From Microthyrium microscopicum (taxonomy: Eukaryota): a stretch of DNA of 64,000 nt. The notes under the pieces were generated by a model. It did not search any database. It was given only the letters and a program-made list of their open reading frames with translations, and was not told the origin of the DNA. This document shows, one piece after another, positions 24,371 to 36,427 of the stretch. Both the position numbers and the translations under genes were made by a program. The stretch is taken from NCBI GenBank assembly GCA_010405405.1, contig MU004236.1:1122070-1186069 (forward strand). The letters run 5' to 3'. How positions within the stretch are numbered: position 1 is the first letter of the stretch; every line of letters begins with the position of its first letter.

Positions 24371-26621
24371 AGAAATGATGTCTGGTGAACGAAGTCGTTT
24401 GTTTACTACTGTAAAGCTATGTTTGTACGATGATTATGTTTTGGATTAGGACCAGCCAGCATTTTGAGATTGGTTTGTTTCATTTTGTTTCTTGCTAGCA
24501 GAGTTAGTATTGTGCAAGACAAGATTGGAAGAGATACTTTGCTTCACTTAGCTGGATGGAGAGTTCAGGAAACTCTTCATCCATTTCTGTAGTGCTTACC
24601 CGAGTAGAAGGTTATAATACAATACCATATATCAATAATTCATCAATAACGAGCTGGGGTTTGCTGACAGTCAAGGTGGCCATGCTTACTTCACTATTGA
24701 TTGCCACAATACTTCAGTCTTGTAGCAATACGATGCGCACTGCATGCCCAATGCTTACAGAGCTAGAATTGTAAAGCAGAGTTCTACAGTTGCATTGAAA
24801 AGGATGGTACGAAGCTATCAATGTGAACGACTGCCAACTGGGCGTGCACAATTCAGGACTTTGCTGCTCGTGAAGGAAATTGCTGAGGGGACTTGTGGAT
24901 CTCGAGTTGCGCAAGATTGCTGCAACGGTTCTGGTGGTAATCTCTGCAGAGATCTGCAAACTTCTGTGCCTTCGATGAGGCTGGAGAAGAGATTTCCAGC
25001 TTCGAGAACACGGGGCGAAGAAGCATTCTGATGCTAAAAATAGACGAGGCTTGCACGTGCATGGAACAGTGGCTTTTTCGAGTCAAGACTCAAAACGGTC
25101 CTGTCTTTTCTTCAAAAAAACTCACCACACCTATTTCGCAAGTATCATGCACATTCAGCTCGCAGGATCGCAGAGGCACGGCTGAGACAGGCCCTGATTA
25201 TTACCGCAAGCTACCAAATTGTCCGTACCTCAGTTTAGTCGAGCTCACCTAAGATGTGACCTGTCAAGATTCGCATGCTTTTATACAGGCCATAGTCCTG
25301 CCCAGAATCCGCTGTCATACAGTGAGGCTAGGAGCTTATCAGGTGAAAATGATGCTCGCGCAGGTTGCCGACTTTCCGTCGTTCTGTTACTTCAGGCCTA
25401 CGAGACGACCGTGAATCCGTGATCGACTTTGAGGCTTCATGCTAGATATGTGGCAATAACCATAGCCCCAGCAAGCATGTTGATAAGACCGTGATCGGTC
25501 ACATCCGAGTTGTTTGGGGCCAGATAAATGAAGTTAAAGGTCACGGCCAAAGCCTTCAAAGTGTACGCTGGGAATCAGCACCGACGGTGGCTTTATGTAT
25601 CATTTGAATTATGTTTGTAGCTGGAACGTGGATTTGGTGGTAGGAGTGTAAGATACTAAGATTGAAGCTGTGAGTTGAGCTATATTTAGAATCATATGTC
25701 TGGGGTAAGTTCCATTTTCGTCGGAGTTTCGGAGACGACTTCCTACTTCAGATTGTCGGAACCATTGGGCCCAAATTTGCCTGCAAGCAGCTGCACCAAC
25801 ACCCAGGTAGACTCTCTTCAGCACCGTTTTGGTGTGCTGGTGTTTAGCCTTGAGTACTCTAGGCTCTATCTCTCTTCTTGCCACGCTAGGGTGTCTAGTA
25901 CAAAGGGGAAAAGATGAGATTTTGGCGTGCGTTGAGGGCGCGGTTCGTGGTGGCGCATGCAGATTGTCTGGAAGGTTTTGGGGTCGATCATCACGAGAGC
26001 AATGCAGATTGCAGATTTGATGTGTTGCTGGCCAGTGGCTTGACTGAATTGCGGCCACTCTGTCTCTATATGTCCCAAAATACGACGTGGGAGAGACAAA
26101 AGCAACTGTTCCATTGAGATTTGTGCTGAGTTCAAGCAGCGGCTGAGTATGGCTGATGTACTATTTCCCTATCAATGCCTTGAAACTGTACTTGTATTCC
26201 TGCTCCTACCCACTCTCCGCTACTCCGTATTTACTCCACTCAGCTATCTCGCCAAGTTGAGCCTGCACTGCGACCACGGCATCCATTTCCTCCATTGGCA
26301 CCTTCATACACAATAACATGAAAACCATTGCTGTACCCCAGATTCCTATTTCCGCTGTTTGATCCATACCAACTTTATACACGGTATCAAACGGAGGTCG
26401 CCCCAAAATGGCTGTTAATGGAAGTTAAAAAAGCACGCTATATTAACCTCAAATCCTACTGCTCCTAATTAATCCCTTTACCCTCCCTCAATTAACTCGG
26501 CTCATATCCATACTCCCGGTTAGACACCCTAGAAAATCCCTTGGACAGATCCGCAAATCAACAATTAGTTACAATAACCCTCGGACTATCGTCAGATGCG
26601 TTTGACGAATAGAGCAACACA

Positions 26622-28169
26622 ATGTCAAATATTAGTTTAGAGCTGCCACCTGCTTTGACCATTGCAACACCAAAGACTTTCTCGCGACGACCTCTTAGGC
26701 GACCTGCTTCATTCTCTTTCCAGGATAAGGGCTTTCGACTCTGGTCTCATCGGACTTACGCCAGTCAGGGCTCCGAGTCAACAATGCCTGGATCTCGAGA
26801 ACAGATGGAGCAGGATCGCGATGATCCTTCTTCAAACTATAATTCACCTACATCGCCGTCTCCGTCTTCTCCAACTCGCCAAATACTAAGATCCATTCGT
26901 CGATCTGTCTCGTCCTTGTCGCCGAGATCTGGGAAACACAGTAGCCCAACATCTCCCCAGGATAGCAGCATTAGCCGTGCTGCTAGGAATAGTTCTTCCA
27001 GAATCCAAGGTCACGATCTGTCAAATCCCGGATACTCCGATGACTTGCGTCACACGGCTATCGTAAATAAAGGAGTATATGCTGTATCCAGCGGATCCAG
27101 CTATCGTGCCTATTCTCAAGTTGATATAACAAGGAATCATCTTCCCCAGATAAGCGCACCGTCATCACCATCTAGTTCACCTAGAGTACCTGCACGGATG
27201 CCTGGAAGACATACGGACCCAATGAACTCTCACTCATTCTCTCCAATATCAGACAACCCATGGGTTCCAGCGAAACAGCATCAACGGCCTCACACCGCGC
27301 TGCCAACGCAAACCACTTTTGATCAAGATCAAATTTCAATACCAAGAAGTCAACCAACGCGAGGCCTCTCTAACTCTTCCGCACCAGCAGCATCAGTATC
27401 TACTGCTAGTCGAATGGCTGATTCAAATAGCAACCCAGAAGCGGATGCTGAATTTACCTCACCATCTGAGTTTGCTCTCTTTGCAGAAGCAACCTCATCA
27501 TTAGGCATACTGCCATCTGAGCCAACGCCATTTGCTATGCAACCAAGACGTGCTTCACCACCAATGAGACCTCAGCCATATCATTATGCATCACAATACG
27601 CATTACCGGCACCAAGGCCTCAATCCTACGCACCTCCACCACTCCAAGCGCCTCTCCCATCTTTTGCCGCACCCCCTTTTGCTCCACCAAATTTCTCTCA
27701 AACTCACAGCTTCCCTATGTCTCAACCTTACAGTGTCCCCGGCTCCGATGCTCCGGGACAGGCCCAGCCATCTTACCACTATCATCAACACATCCATCTG
27801 GCAGCGCCCATTCCACCAGCTAATCGCTCGCGCTCGGTGCCTCCCACTACAGCCACGCAACACCTCCATCAACGTACGCCTAGCGCGGCGTTACCTGCAC
27901 TTCCTGCTACCATGCCACCACTCCCAATACGAGAACTTTCCCGGCAGCAAATGATCGCAGAAGCACTTACAGGACTAGACGATGGGGGTCCAGGATCAGA
28001 CGACGAGCTACCAGACTACGCAACCAGCCAGGCAGAAGCCAACGCCGTTCAACGGCAGGCAGCAGCACAGCGAGCGAGGGAGCTGGAGGAGGGATGGAGA
28101 CGGGGACGGCAGCAACGAGCGCATAAGCCATGGAGAGCATGGGAGCAGAACGGGTGGATGCAAGGCTAA
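26622..28169 (+). CDS. Hypothetical S/P/Q-rich protein (515 aa) with C-terminal DDELPDYA...RARELEE motif
   Basis: Long ORF with ATG; low complexity, with short non-repetitive islands (EFALFAEATS, LPDY). Confidence 0.7.
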   Translation: MSNISLELPPALTIATPKTFSRRPLRRPASFSFQDKGFRLWSHRTYASQGSESTMPGSREQMEQDRDDPSSNYNSPTSPSPSSPTRQILRSIRRSVSSLSPRSGKHSSPTSPQDSSISRAARNSSSRIQGHDLSNPGYSDDLRHTAIVNKGVYAVSSGSSYRAYSQVDITRNHLPQISAPSSPSSSPRVPARMPGRHTDPMNSHSFSPISDNPWVPAKQHQRPHTALPTQTTFDQDQISIPRSQPTRGLSNSSAPAASVSTASRMADSNSNPEADAEFTSPSEFALFAEATSSLGILPSEPTPFAMQPRRASPPMRPQPYHYASQYALPAPRPQSYAPPPLQAPLPSFAAPPFAPPNFSQTHSFPMSQPYSVPGSDAPGQAQPSYHYHQHIHLAAPIPPANRSRSVPPTTATQHLHQRTPSAALPALPATMPPLPIRELSRQQMIAEALTGLDDGGPGSDDELPDYATSQAEANAVQRQAAAQRARELEEGWRRGRQQRAHKPWRAWEQNGWMQG

Positions 28170-28800
28170 TGGAAAGAGAGGGAGGAATCTAATGAGATGA
28201 TCCACCAAAAGAGTGAGAAATGAGAGGAGCAAGAACCCACCTGTGGATATTCACGATTGAGGTAGAAGAGGGAGGATATACCCCAAACTGTTTAGTAGCG
28301 CTAGACGACTTCATCGCTGAGCGAGTGAACAAAATGATAGCATGGGCGGTCTGTTTGATAGCATAGCGACTTTTTCGATTATATCAAATTCATGAATCGG
28401 GAGATATGATTCTACTACTTCTATACGCTCTTTGTGCTATATCGTTTCGATCTATAGTCTTTCGCTACTTCAAATCGTCCTCTCAGTGCTCAATATCAAA
28501 GACCAAGAGCCTCCCTGAACAAGTGAAATTGCTATGTTCAAGCCCATAACCAACCCCCTATGTTGTCCTACACCACTTACTCCTGAACTCACATCACACG
28601 ACTACAACTCCAAGACACCCAAGACACCCAAGACAGCCCACACCATCCCAATCCCTCCATGCTTCCTATTCCTTGACCTTCTTCCCAACCTTCCACACAT
28701 CCTTCGCCACAGCCTTCCATTCTTCCACCCCAAATCCACCCACAATCCCCTGACCTTATTTATCTCCAAACCCCAAATCCTACGAAGCCCAAGCTCGCTC

Positions 28801-28832
28801 GCGTGCTCGCGTGCTTGCGTGCTTGCGTGCTT
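28801..28832. repeat. Tandem 8-mer GCGTGCTY x4
   Basis: gcgtgctc gcgtgctt gcgtgctt gcgtgctt seen directly. Confidence 0.9.
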
Positions 28833-29605
28833 TAGCCAGCAATCCTACGATCTTCAAGCACAAACGTAACGCTACCGGCCAGATCCGAGACCTTTTATAT
28901 CTCGGAGCTTCCCAATCAAGCCTATACCCCCAAGCACGGAAATGCTGTACGAGCCGAGGATCTTGTCTTTGAGAAAGAAAAAAGTTTGTTGGGGGCTAAA
29001 TCTTGGATATGGGATATATAGCAGGCCGGAATCCGTCGATATATGATGTGGTTGCAAAAGGGGCCAAAAAGCTGCCAGCAAAGCGTGCGAAGCGGGAAAC
29101 ACAAGTCAAATTCGCCAAATTATTCTTAAGCTCAGAGCCCTGCGCTTCAAATAGGCAAGTTGGCCAGGTCAGCCGTCGATAACATATCACATCAGCGGCA
29201 TAGGAGGTAGTGCTGTATAAAGAACGGAGCAAAGTCAAAACTCACTGCACAGTCACTTAAAGCATACAAGTACCAGGCATATACCCAGGCGCAAAGATAT
29301 CGTACAAGAGAAAGAATATATATATGCCATTCTTATATACAAAACAACGAATCCTGCGCATATAAGAATGGTTATATTTCGTTTGTTGGTGTCAAGACAT
29401 CAAGGTATCATAGAAGACGCAGAATAAAAACAAAAAGAATGGTACAAAAAAAACGCACAACGCATGTCCCTCCCGTCCTTCCCAACGCTGAAACTGACAA
29501 GAACACGACGACTTTAAACATGTCGATCTAACGATCCTCTGCTTCCTTCCCTTTTGCTTGAGAGGAGGACCAGCTGGCTTGCTTTGGTGGGTGCAGCGCT
29601 ACTTT

Positions 29606-32600
29606 CTAAGTTGACTCTGCGCCGCCTGAAACGTCAGCCATGGTTGTGTCCGTCGAGATACCGTTAGTGTGTACGCCGTTAGCTATTGGCGGTTCTGCTT
29701 GTGCGCTGCTTGATTTTGACGCACGCGAGCCCAGGCTTCTGGGTGTAACCGGGAGCGATGGGCTGTTGGTGCTATTGCGCGAGGAAAGCACCTTGCGCGG
29801 TTGCTTGAACGCATCCTCAAAGCTCATTGGTGCTTTTTTGCGCTTGAGGGCGTCGGTTTTCATCCATTTGAGGTCGACTTCGCGGAATTTGTCGTGGCTT
29901 GCGACTAGTTGCATCACGTCGTCGAGGCGTATCCAGTATAGTGGGTCCATTCTGATACACTGCTCGCGCGTTTGGCGGACAGTATTGTGCGCTATTTTGT
30001 GGTTGAACTCTGCATCGCCTGCTTCAGGCCAGCGGAATTCATGCGCGAGTGGTGGAATGTCAACGGCGGCAAAAAAGGCTTGCTTTTGAGCGAGAGTGAC
30101 GGGCAACTTTGGAACGTCGTAGGTGTTGAGAGAAAGGTCGGGAAGTCCAAGGAGACCAACAAGGTAGCAGGAAAGCGTCCAGAAATCTTCGTTTTCATCT
30201 ATATCGTCTAACGAAGGATCGACTTCGTAGTGATAGCAAACAGGCAAAGGCGTAAATTGATTGAGAACACCAAGTAGAAGGTGGCCCGAGTCGTCGAGTT
30301 CAGTGGCGGACGCCCGCAAAGGACGATCGTTACCTCTTTCCATGGCTAGTCGAAGGGCAAGAGGAAGGGAAGTGAGGAATCTTTCCCTAGTAGCTCGCTG
30401 CATTTCTTCCTCCCTTTGCCGTTCAAGCCTAGCAGCTTCCTCTGCCTCTTTGGCTGCTGCAAGTGCTTGCAGTCGCGACTCCTCGGCTTTCTCCTGCTCG
30501 CGAGCAGCCGCTTTTTTCTCAGCTTCTAGCTGCGCTGCTGCGGCGTCGTTCTCCGAGTCGTTTTTATCAGCAATCTCTATCCGCACATCACTCATCATAT
30601 CGTCGTCGTCTGCTGCAGCCTCGATTTTAACAGGCTTGTGCTCCTTGGGTTTTCGTCCTGGCCGGCTTTTTATCTCTTCAGGTTGTGGTCTTCGTGGGGA
30701 TGGTAGATCTTCGCTGGCCTTACCAGACTTTTGAGCCCTCACTCCAGTGCTGGTGCGCTTGCGTTGCGTTGGTCTTGGAGGCACACTATCATCATCAGAA
30801 CCACCGTCGTGCGATGAGTCATCATCAACCACTCGTCTTTTCCGTCTGAGTACTTCTTTTGGTTGTGTCTCTTTGCTTCCAGATAGTCGTTTTGCTTTGC
30901 GGTGATCTTCCAATCTGTCTACTTTCGATTTGACTTTGGCCAGTTTTGGGGATCGAGGACCGTCGTGATTGTCCTTATTTAGTGATGGACTCTTCGCGGC
31001 CTTGGCTTCAGCAATTTTCTTTTTTCTAGCCACCTTTTGCTGAACCTGCGCTTTATGCTGGTCATAGCGATCCTTGAGTAGTTCTACCTCTTGTTGCCAT
31101 CGAGGTCCATGGCGCTCCTCGGACACTTCATAGTAGGTCTTGCCATCTTTTGTCCTTCGACACGGATTGAAGTTATCCTGATCCAGTAAGAGTCGAACAA
31201 CTCTGAGATGTCCCCGACCAATGACAGCAAGCAAAGGCGTTTCGTCATACTTTAAAGGATCTGGATCCTTTTCCAAGCGGGGTGCGTCTGCTGCCAGGAG
31301 GAAGTTGAGCACATCAAAGTGACCGCCTCTTGCCGCTGCGACGAGACAAGCGTTGTCCGGCATCACGCTCTCCAGAAGCAATCCAACTGCTTGTAGATCG
31401 CCACTTGTAGAGTATTTTTCAAGATTTTCGGGAGTCAAGGCTTGATAGAGCAGATCTTTACGTTCGCCTTTTGCTATATCTTTTGAAGTATTGCTTGTAG
31501 GCTCATCTTCGCGGTCATCGTCGACTACTTGATACTGGCTCATCGCCTTTTTAAGTAGTGCCTCGATCTCTTTAGCTCTGGGCTTTTGCTGTTCGATAGT
31601 ATCGATGGCTCGTTTCCCGTGTCTGTTGGCATGATGAGGGTTGACACCGTTTTCTAGCAAGAGCTCTATGACATCCAGATGTGCATTCTCCACAGCATCG
31701 ATGAGTGGCGTGTCGAGGTCTTCCTTAGAGCAACTATCTCGTCTGCAACCTTTTTCGAGGAGGAACTGAACGACTTGGTAATGGCCCGATAGTGACGCCT
31801 TCTGTAACGGTGTAAAGCCGCCATTGTCTTCCTGATCCAATTCTTCCGGCGCCTGTTCGTATGCTTTCTTGACCAAATCGATTTGTCCTCTCTCTGCCGC
31901 CTTTGCCAAAGGAGTAGTACCATATTTGTCTGCGCGGCGGCCTACTTGTATAGCTGTACGTGCTGGTGATGTTAGCGCTCTTGATGCAAATCGTCCAGCC
32001 CGGGGAGGTGCCAAAGAAGGAATGGGAGGGCCTTTGCGTGTAGTGGAAGTGGAGTTATCAGATGATTCATCATCCCAGGGCTCTTTGGAATCCGAGTGTT
32101 GTGAATTTGTGGATACATCTCTCTTCTTACGTTTGTTTTTGGCTACACCAGATTGAATACTAGCCGATCTTCTATGACCTATTGTCGGTGGAACTGGACT
32201 TGTTGGTGAGCCATTCTGGGTTTTATTGTGGGACTTGGCGGAACGCGCGCTTGAATCTAGTCGAGGTCGTTGGCGAGGAGGTTCGAATTTTGACTTGGTA
32301 TGATCATCACTATGTTTTCTTTTCCTAGGTTCCACAGAGAGTGAGTTCCTGGATCTATCAGGGTTGCTTTTGGTAGTGGTAAAGGTCGGGGGAGTTGGAG
32401 AACCCTGTGATAGTGACGCTTCGGCTGACTGAGCACGGAGAGAAGAGGAGGCACCCTTTTTCATAGACGAAATCTTATCGTGTGATAATTTTTTGTGTTT
32501 GCCATCGCCACTAGGTTTTTCTCTGGTTCCATTACTTCTCCTGTCCTTTTTCTCAGTCGAGTCATGAATGCTAGATCGCCGACTTGTAGGGTGACTTATA

Positions 32601-32953
32601 GCGGGCTCAGAATTTGTAGTCATTGGGCTAGAGGCGCGGTGATCAATGTTTGATTCATTTTTGATGCGCTTGGCGATGGTTGTCTTTGTTTGCTCGTCAC
32701 CAGAGGGTAATATATCGGTTTCGGCTTCAGAGTCGTTATCAGGGTTGGGAGCTACAGTAGCAGGACCATTGGAGCCGCGCGAACTGCTCAAAGCAGTCGC
32801 TCTGGCAGTGCGCGGCGACGAGGGTCGAGAGGATGACGGCGAGGAATGTTTTGCAGTGGCCGGACTACGGACTGGTTGAAGGCGCGAAGAGTGGGAGGCG
32901 ACGCTGGGCGAATGCGACAGAGATTTTGGGGTTCCTTGGCTGCCACCGTTCAT
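29606..32953 (-). CDS. Ankyrin-repeat protein, Set3C subunit Hos4-like (1115 aa)
   Basis: Ankyrin repeats (GTTPLAKAA, DNGGFTPLQKAS, DTPLIDAVEN, ETPLLAVIGRGH) between disordered charged regions; DSEAET N-terminal motif. The Hos4 assignment is inferred from this architecture. Confidence 0.75.
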   Translation of the reverse strand: MNGGSQGTPKSLSHSPSVASHSSRLQPVRSPATAKHSSPSSSRPSSPRTARATALSSSRGSNGPATVAPNPDNDSEAETDILPSGDEQTKTTIAKRIKNESNIDHRASSPMTTNSEPAISHPTSRRSSIHDSTEKKDRRSNGTREKPSGDGKHKKLSHDKISSMKKGASSSLRAQSAEASLSQGSPTPPTFTTTKSNPDRSRNSLSVEPRKRKHSDDHTKSKFEPPRQRPRLDSSARSAKSHNKTQNGSPTSPVPPTIGHRRSASIQSGVAKNKRKKRDVSTNSQHSDSKEPWDDESSDNSTSTTRKGPPIPSLAPPRAGRFASRALTSPARTAIQVGRRADKYGTTPLAKAAERGQIDLVKKAYEQAPEELDQEDNGGFTPLQKASLSGHYQVVQFLLEKGCRRDSCSKEDLDTPLIDAVENAHLDVIELLLENGVNPHHANRHGKRAIDTIEQQKPRAKEIEALLKKAMSQYQVVDDDREDEPTSNTSKDIAKGERKDLLYQALTPENLEKYSTSGDLQAVGLLLESVMPDNACLVAAARGGHFDVLNFLLAADAPRLEKDPDPLKYDETPLLAVIGRGHLRVVRLLLDQDNFNPCRRTKDGKTYYEVSEERHGPRWQQEVELLKDRYDQHKAQVQQKVARKKKIAEAKAAKSPSLNKDNHDGPRSPKLAKVKSKVDRLEDHRKAKRLSGSKETQPKEVLRRKRRVVDDDSSHDGGSDDDSVPPRPTQRKRTSTGVRAQKSGKASEDLPSPRRPQPEEIKSRPGRKPKEHKPVKIEAAADDDDMMSDVRIEIADKNDSENDAAAAQLEAEKKAAAREQEKAEESRLQALAAAKEAEEAARLERQREEEMQRATRERFLTSLPLALRLAMERGNDRPLRASATELDDSGHLLLGVLNQFTPLPVCYHYEVDPSLDDIDENEDFWTLSCYLVGLLGLPDLSLNTYDVPKLPVTLAQKQAFFAAVDIPPLAHEFRWPEAGDAEFNHKIAHNTVRQTREQCIRMDPLYWIRLDDVMQLVASHDKFREVDLKWMKTDALKRKKAPMSFEDAFKQPRKVLSSRNSTNSPSLPVTPRSLGSRASKSSSAQAEPPIANGVHTNGISTDTTMADVSGGAEST

Positions 32954-33581
32954 GATACAGGGAGGGCAGATGGAAGTACGTGTAGCCTCATTCTGTGATG
33001 ATAAAAAGGTCGCTGAAACGACAAGTAGACAAGGAGAACAGGAGGTTTGCTGCTCTGGAAGACGAGATTAGTGGTGAAGGCTTGGGTTCGGAGGGCAAGA
33101 GTGTATGATGGTGGGAGAGGACGTTTTGGATGAGAATGCAACTCTTGAGAATGGTAAATATAGCGTAAAAGTAGAGAATTGGATGAATGGACAGTTGACA
33201 GTGTTGTTAGAAGATGGCTTGGGAGTGGGAGCGGTGGAGAGCTGAAGCCGAGAGAGGGATCAAATGTGGAGCGGGAGAGAGAGAGAGAGTGGTGCAGGCG
33301 CAGGTGGTGCAGGTGCGAGAAGAGAAAGAGACGAAGAGTCAAGAACTGAAGGAGCAGCCAGCACAACCAGCGCTCTGTCTCTCTGCGTCTCTGGCCGCTC
33401 CTGCCTGAACCACCCAGTCTACTCCATAAGAGGCATAGTTCATAACAACTCAAGTCCTAGGGCCAATCAACTCCATTGACAGGGGCTGATCTCAAGAAAG
33501 ACGCTAATTCTTGCCAAGAGGCTGAGTCAGCCTTACTTTTACAAACTTGGTCTAGCTCCATCTCGTGCCCACGTGTGTACA

Positions 33582-33618
33582 ACGCGAGTCGCGACTGCCA
33601 AATCAGGCTCCAACGCGT
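33582..33618. promoter_or_regulatory. MCB-like (ACGCG/CGCG) cluster upstream of ku80
   Basis: ACGCGA 33582, TCGCGA 33589 and ACGCGT 33613, about 115-150 bp before the ku80 ATG. Confidence 0.5.
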
Positions 33619-33732
33619 AGTTGCCTGCCAATTGTGGATGATGCTTTTGCGGAAGGGATATTCGGAAGACATATAGAGACTTCCCACCACATCCCCTTCT
33701 TTGAGGATCCTAACCCTCCGCAAGAAACAATC

Positions 33733-36420
33733 ATGGCGAACAAGGAGGCGACTGTCTTTATCGTTGATTTAGGCTCTTCCATGGGCAAGAAACACAATGG
33801 CCGCACCCAAACCGATCTCGAATGGTCCTTGCCAGTCGTCTGGGATCGAATCGCCAATATCATACATCAAGGTCGAAAGACCGACCAGACTGCTGTCATA
33901 GGCTTCAGAACCAATTGTATGCACATTTCGCTGCTCTTAACTCATGCTAACTCCCCGGTAGCTACGAACAACGTACTCGCCTCAAATCACCCAGACACCG
34001 ATGACTACGATCATATAAATGTGGCATTCCCTCTCAAGACGTAAGTCTTTCTTTCGCCGCTCCAGACACTATATTGCGTTTGGCGTAATCCGCCAAACCC
34101 ACATGGCATATTTGGCCTCCGAAATTGCCTTGATGTTCATCTCAATATGGATAATTCAAGCACTTGCCGGGCAATGAATACCTAGATTGGACATGTTCTG
34201 CATTGCGCACATCATACTTGATGGGATCATGCTCATCAACTCTTTCAACTTGTCTCCGTGCAACTTAAATGATCTTGGCTAAACTCCCTTAGCATACTAG
34301 GCTCTGATATCGCCGACCTAAGAGAATTCTTCCGCCCAAGCCAAATCGAAGCAGGCGACATCCTTTCTGCGATTGTGGTTGCCATGCAAATGATAACAGT
34401 TCACTGTCGCGCGCTCAAATACAAGAAGCGCATCGTTCTCCTTACAAATGGTGATGGTGCGATGGAGCCCGATACGGGCAACGACATCCAAAAACAGCTT
34501 GTCAAGGAGGACATCTTACTCTCAATATTGTGAGTGGGCATAACCATCCATCATACACCAGAGCTAATACGGGGCAGGGGAGTTGACTTCAATGACTTTC
34601 ATGGTGGCTTCCAGGAGGAGAATAAGGCGCCTCAAAAAGTATGGATCCAAGCATTGACAAACATCAGTTCTAACCCATCTAGAAACTCAACGAAGAGCAG
34701 CTTTGCAACTTGGTCTTGGAGGCTAGTGGCACCATGACTCCCGTTTACAAAGCTGTCTCAGAATTAGGCATTCCTAGTCATCGTACCGTTCGGGCCGTTA
34801 CCACGTACAAGGGAACTTTGACAATAGGCCATATCGGAAAGTTTGAGGAACAATCAATGAAAATTGAAATACAACAATGGCCGTTGATTATGCCCGCCAC
34901 AGCTCAATCGGCAAAGACATTTCTTGTTCAACGAGAAGACAAAGAAGGCGAACATGCTGGCGGTTCTGCCGAATCGTCAGCCACCTTGCAGCAATCTGCA
35001 CCAAAGGAAGGTGAAGAAACGTTGCTTCCCTCTAAACGAACGTATGGAAAGCAAATTGAAGACCCGACTGCTCCTGGGGGCAAGATTGATGTTGACAAAG
35101 AACAACTAGAGAAGGGGTACGTGTATGGTAGAACGGCCGTGCATATTGGTACCGACGATATGGGTGTTGTCAACTTGGACACAGAGGCGGGCCTTGAAGT
35201 TGTCGGTTTTGTGGCACGGGACAAGGTATGCATTATTCGTTGTTATCCTGTACACTCTCATACTGATATCTTTAGTTCGACAGATATTTGGAAATGTCCA
35301 AGTGCTCGTTGATTGCCGCACTTGCAGGGAACGAAAAATATGCCATGGCCCTGTCCTCCTTCATACATGGTTTGATAGAGACCGAGCAGTTCGCTGTAGC
35401 TCGATTTGTAAAGAAAGACAACACACCACCCCATCTGGTCCTCCTAACTCCATTCACCGAAGACGGATACGAGGCACTCATCACGAGCGAGCTGCCATTT
35501 GCGGAAGACATGAGAAGTTACAAGTTTCCACCACTAGACAAGGTTGTAACAGTCGGAGGCAAGAACCTCGCTCAGCATCGAACGCTCCCCAGCGATGTCC
35601 TCATGAAGTCTATGAGCAATTACATTGACGCCATGGACTTGTCCTCATTTGGCACAACAGATACAGGCGATGCAACAGAGTACGCCAAAATGGAAGACAT
35701 ATACAACCCTGTAGTCAACCGTATCACACAAGTCATCCGCTACCGAGCCATCAATCCCCTCGATCCTATCCCTGAACCTTACGAAGTCCTCACAAAATAC
35801 TCCAAACCACCAAGCGCTCTCCTCGAATCTGCCGAATCGGCTCTGAACGCTGTGAAGAAAGCTGGTGATGTCAAGAAAGTGCCTCCGCGCCAGTTTAAGC
35901 GCAAACGCGAACCAGAAAAGCCGCTCTCCGGTCTTGACATTGACGCTCTACTCAGCGGCGAAAAGCGTCAACGCATCGATCCTGCCAACGCAATCCCTGA
36001 ATTCAAGCAAATGCTAGAGAAGGCGAGTGATGTAGCTGCCATTGAAGACGCAGCGAAGCAACTAGCTCGTATCATTGAAACTACAATACGCGACAGTGTA
36101 GGTGACATGGGCTATCAGCGCGCAGTCGAGGCTTTGGGCACCCTGAGAGAGGAACTGCAGGAAATCGAAGAGCCAGACATATACAACGCGCTGGCGCAAG
36201 AACTCAAGACGAAGATTCTAAATGGCACTTTAGGCGGCGAGAGAACAGAGATGTGGTATAACATCAAGATTAGAAAACTTGGCTTACTAGATTCCTCCGT
36301 CTCAGAGCGCTCCAAGGTATCCCCCGAGGCAGCCAAGGACGTAAGTTTTCCCTATATCACTCTCCATGCTCTCAGCTAACCACATTATACTAGTACTACA
36401 AAGTCAAGCCAAACGCATAG
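33733..36420 (+). CDS. ku80: Ku80 (NHEJ DNA end-binding subunit), about 7 exons
   Basis: vWA start MANKEATVFIVDLGSSMG; KYKKRIVLLTNG; LEKGYVYGRTAVHI; LPFAEDMRSYKFPPL; C-terminal IDPANAIPEFKQML. Introns include 33917-33961, 34041-34292, 34530-34577 and a last intron 36341-36393. Confidence 0.93.
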
Positions 36421-36427
36421 CTCGCAA

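Noticed and set aside
25886..26532. 12-bp inverted repeat CTAGGGTGTCTA/TAGACACCCTAG about 620 bp apart, as possible MITE ends
   Set aside because: There is no target-site duplication, and a match of this length at this spacing is expected by chance in 64 kb.
28665..28750. Minus-strand peptide-like segment GIVGGFGVEEWKAVAKDVWKVGKKVKE* after a CAG
   Set aside because: I could not link it to a convincing upstream exon or start codon, so it is not called as a gene.
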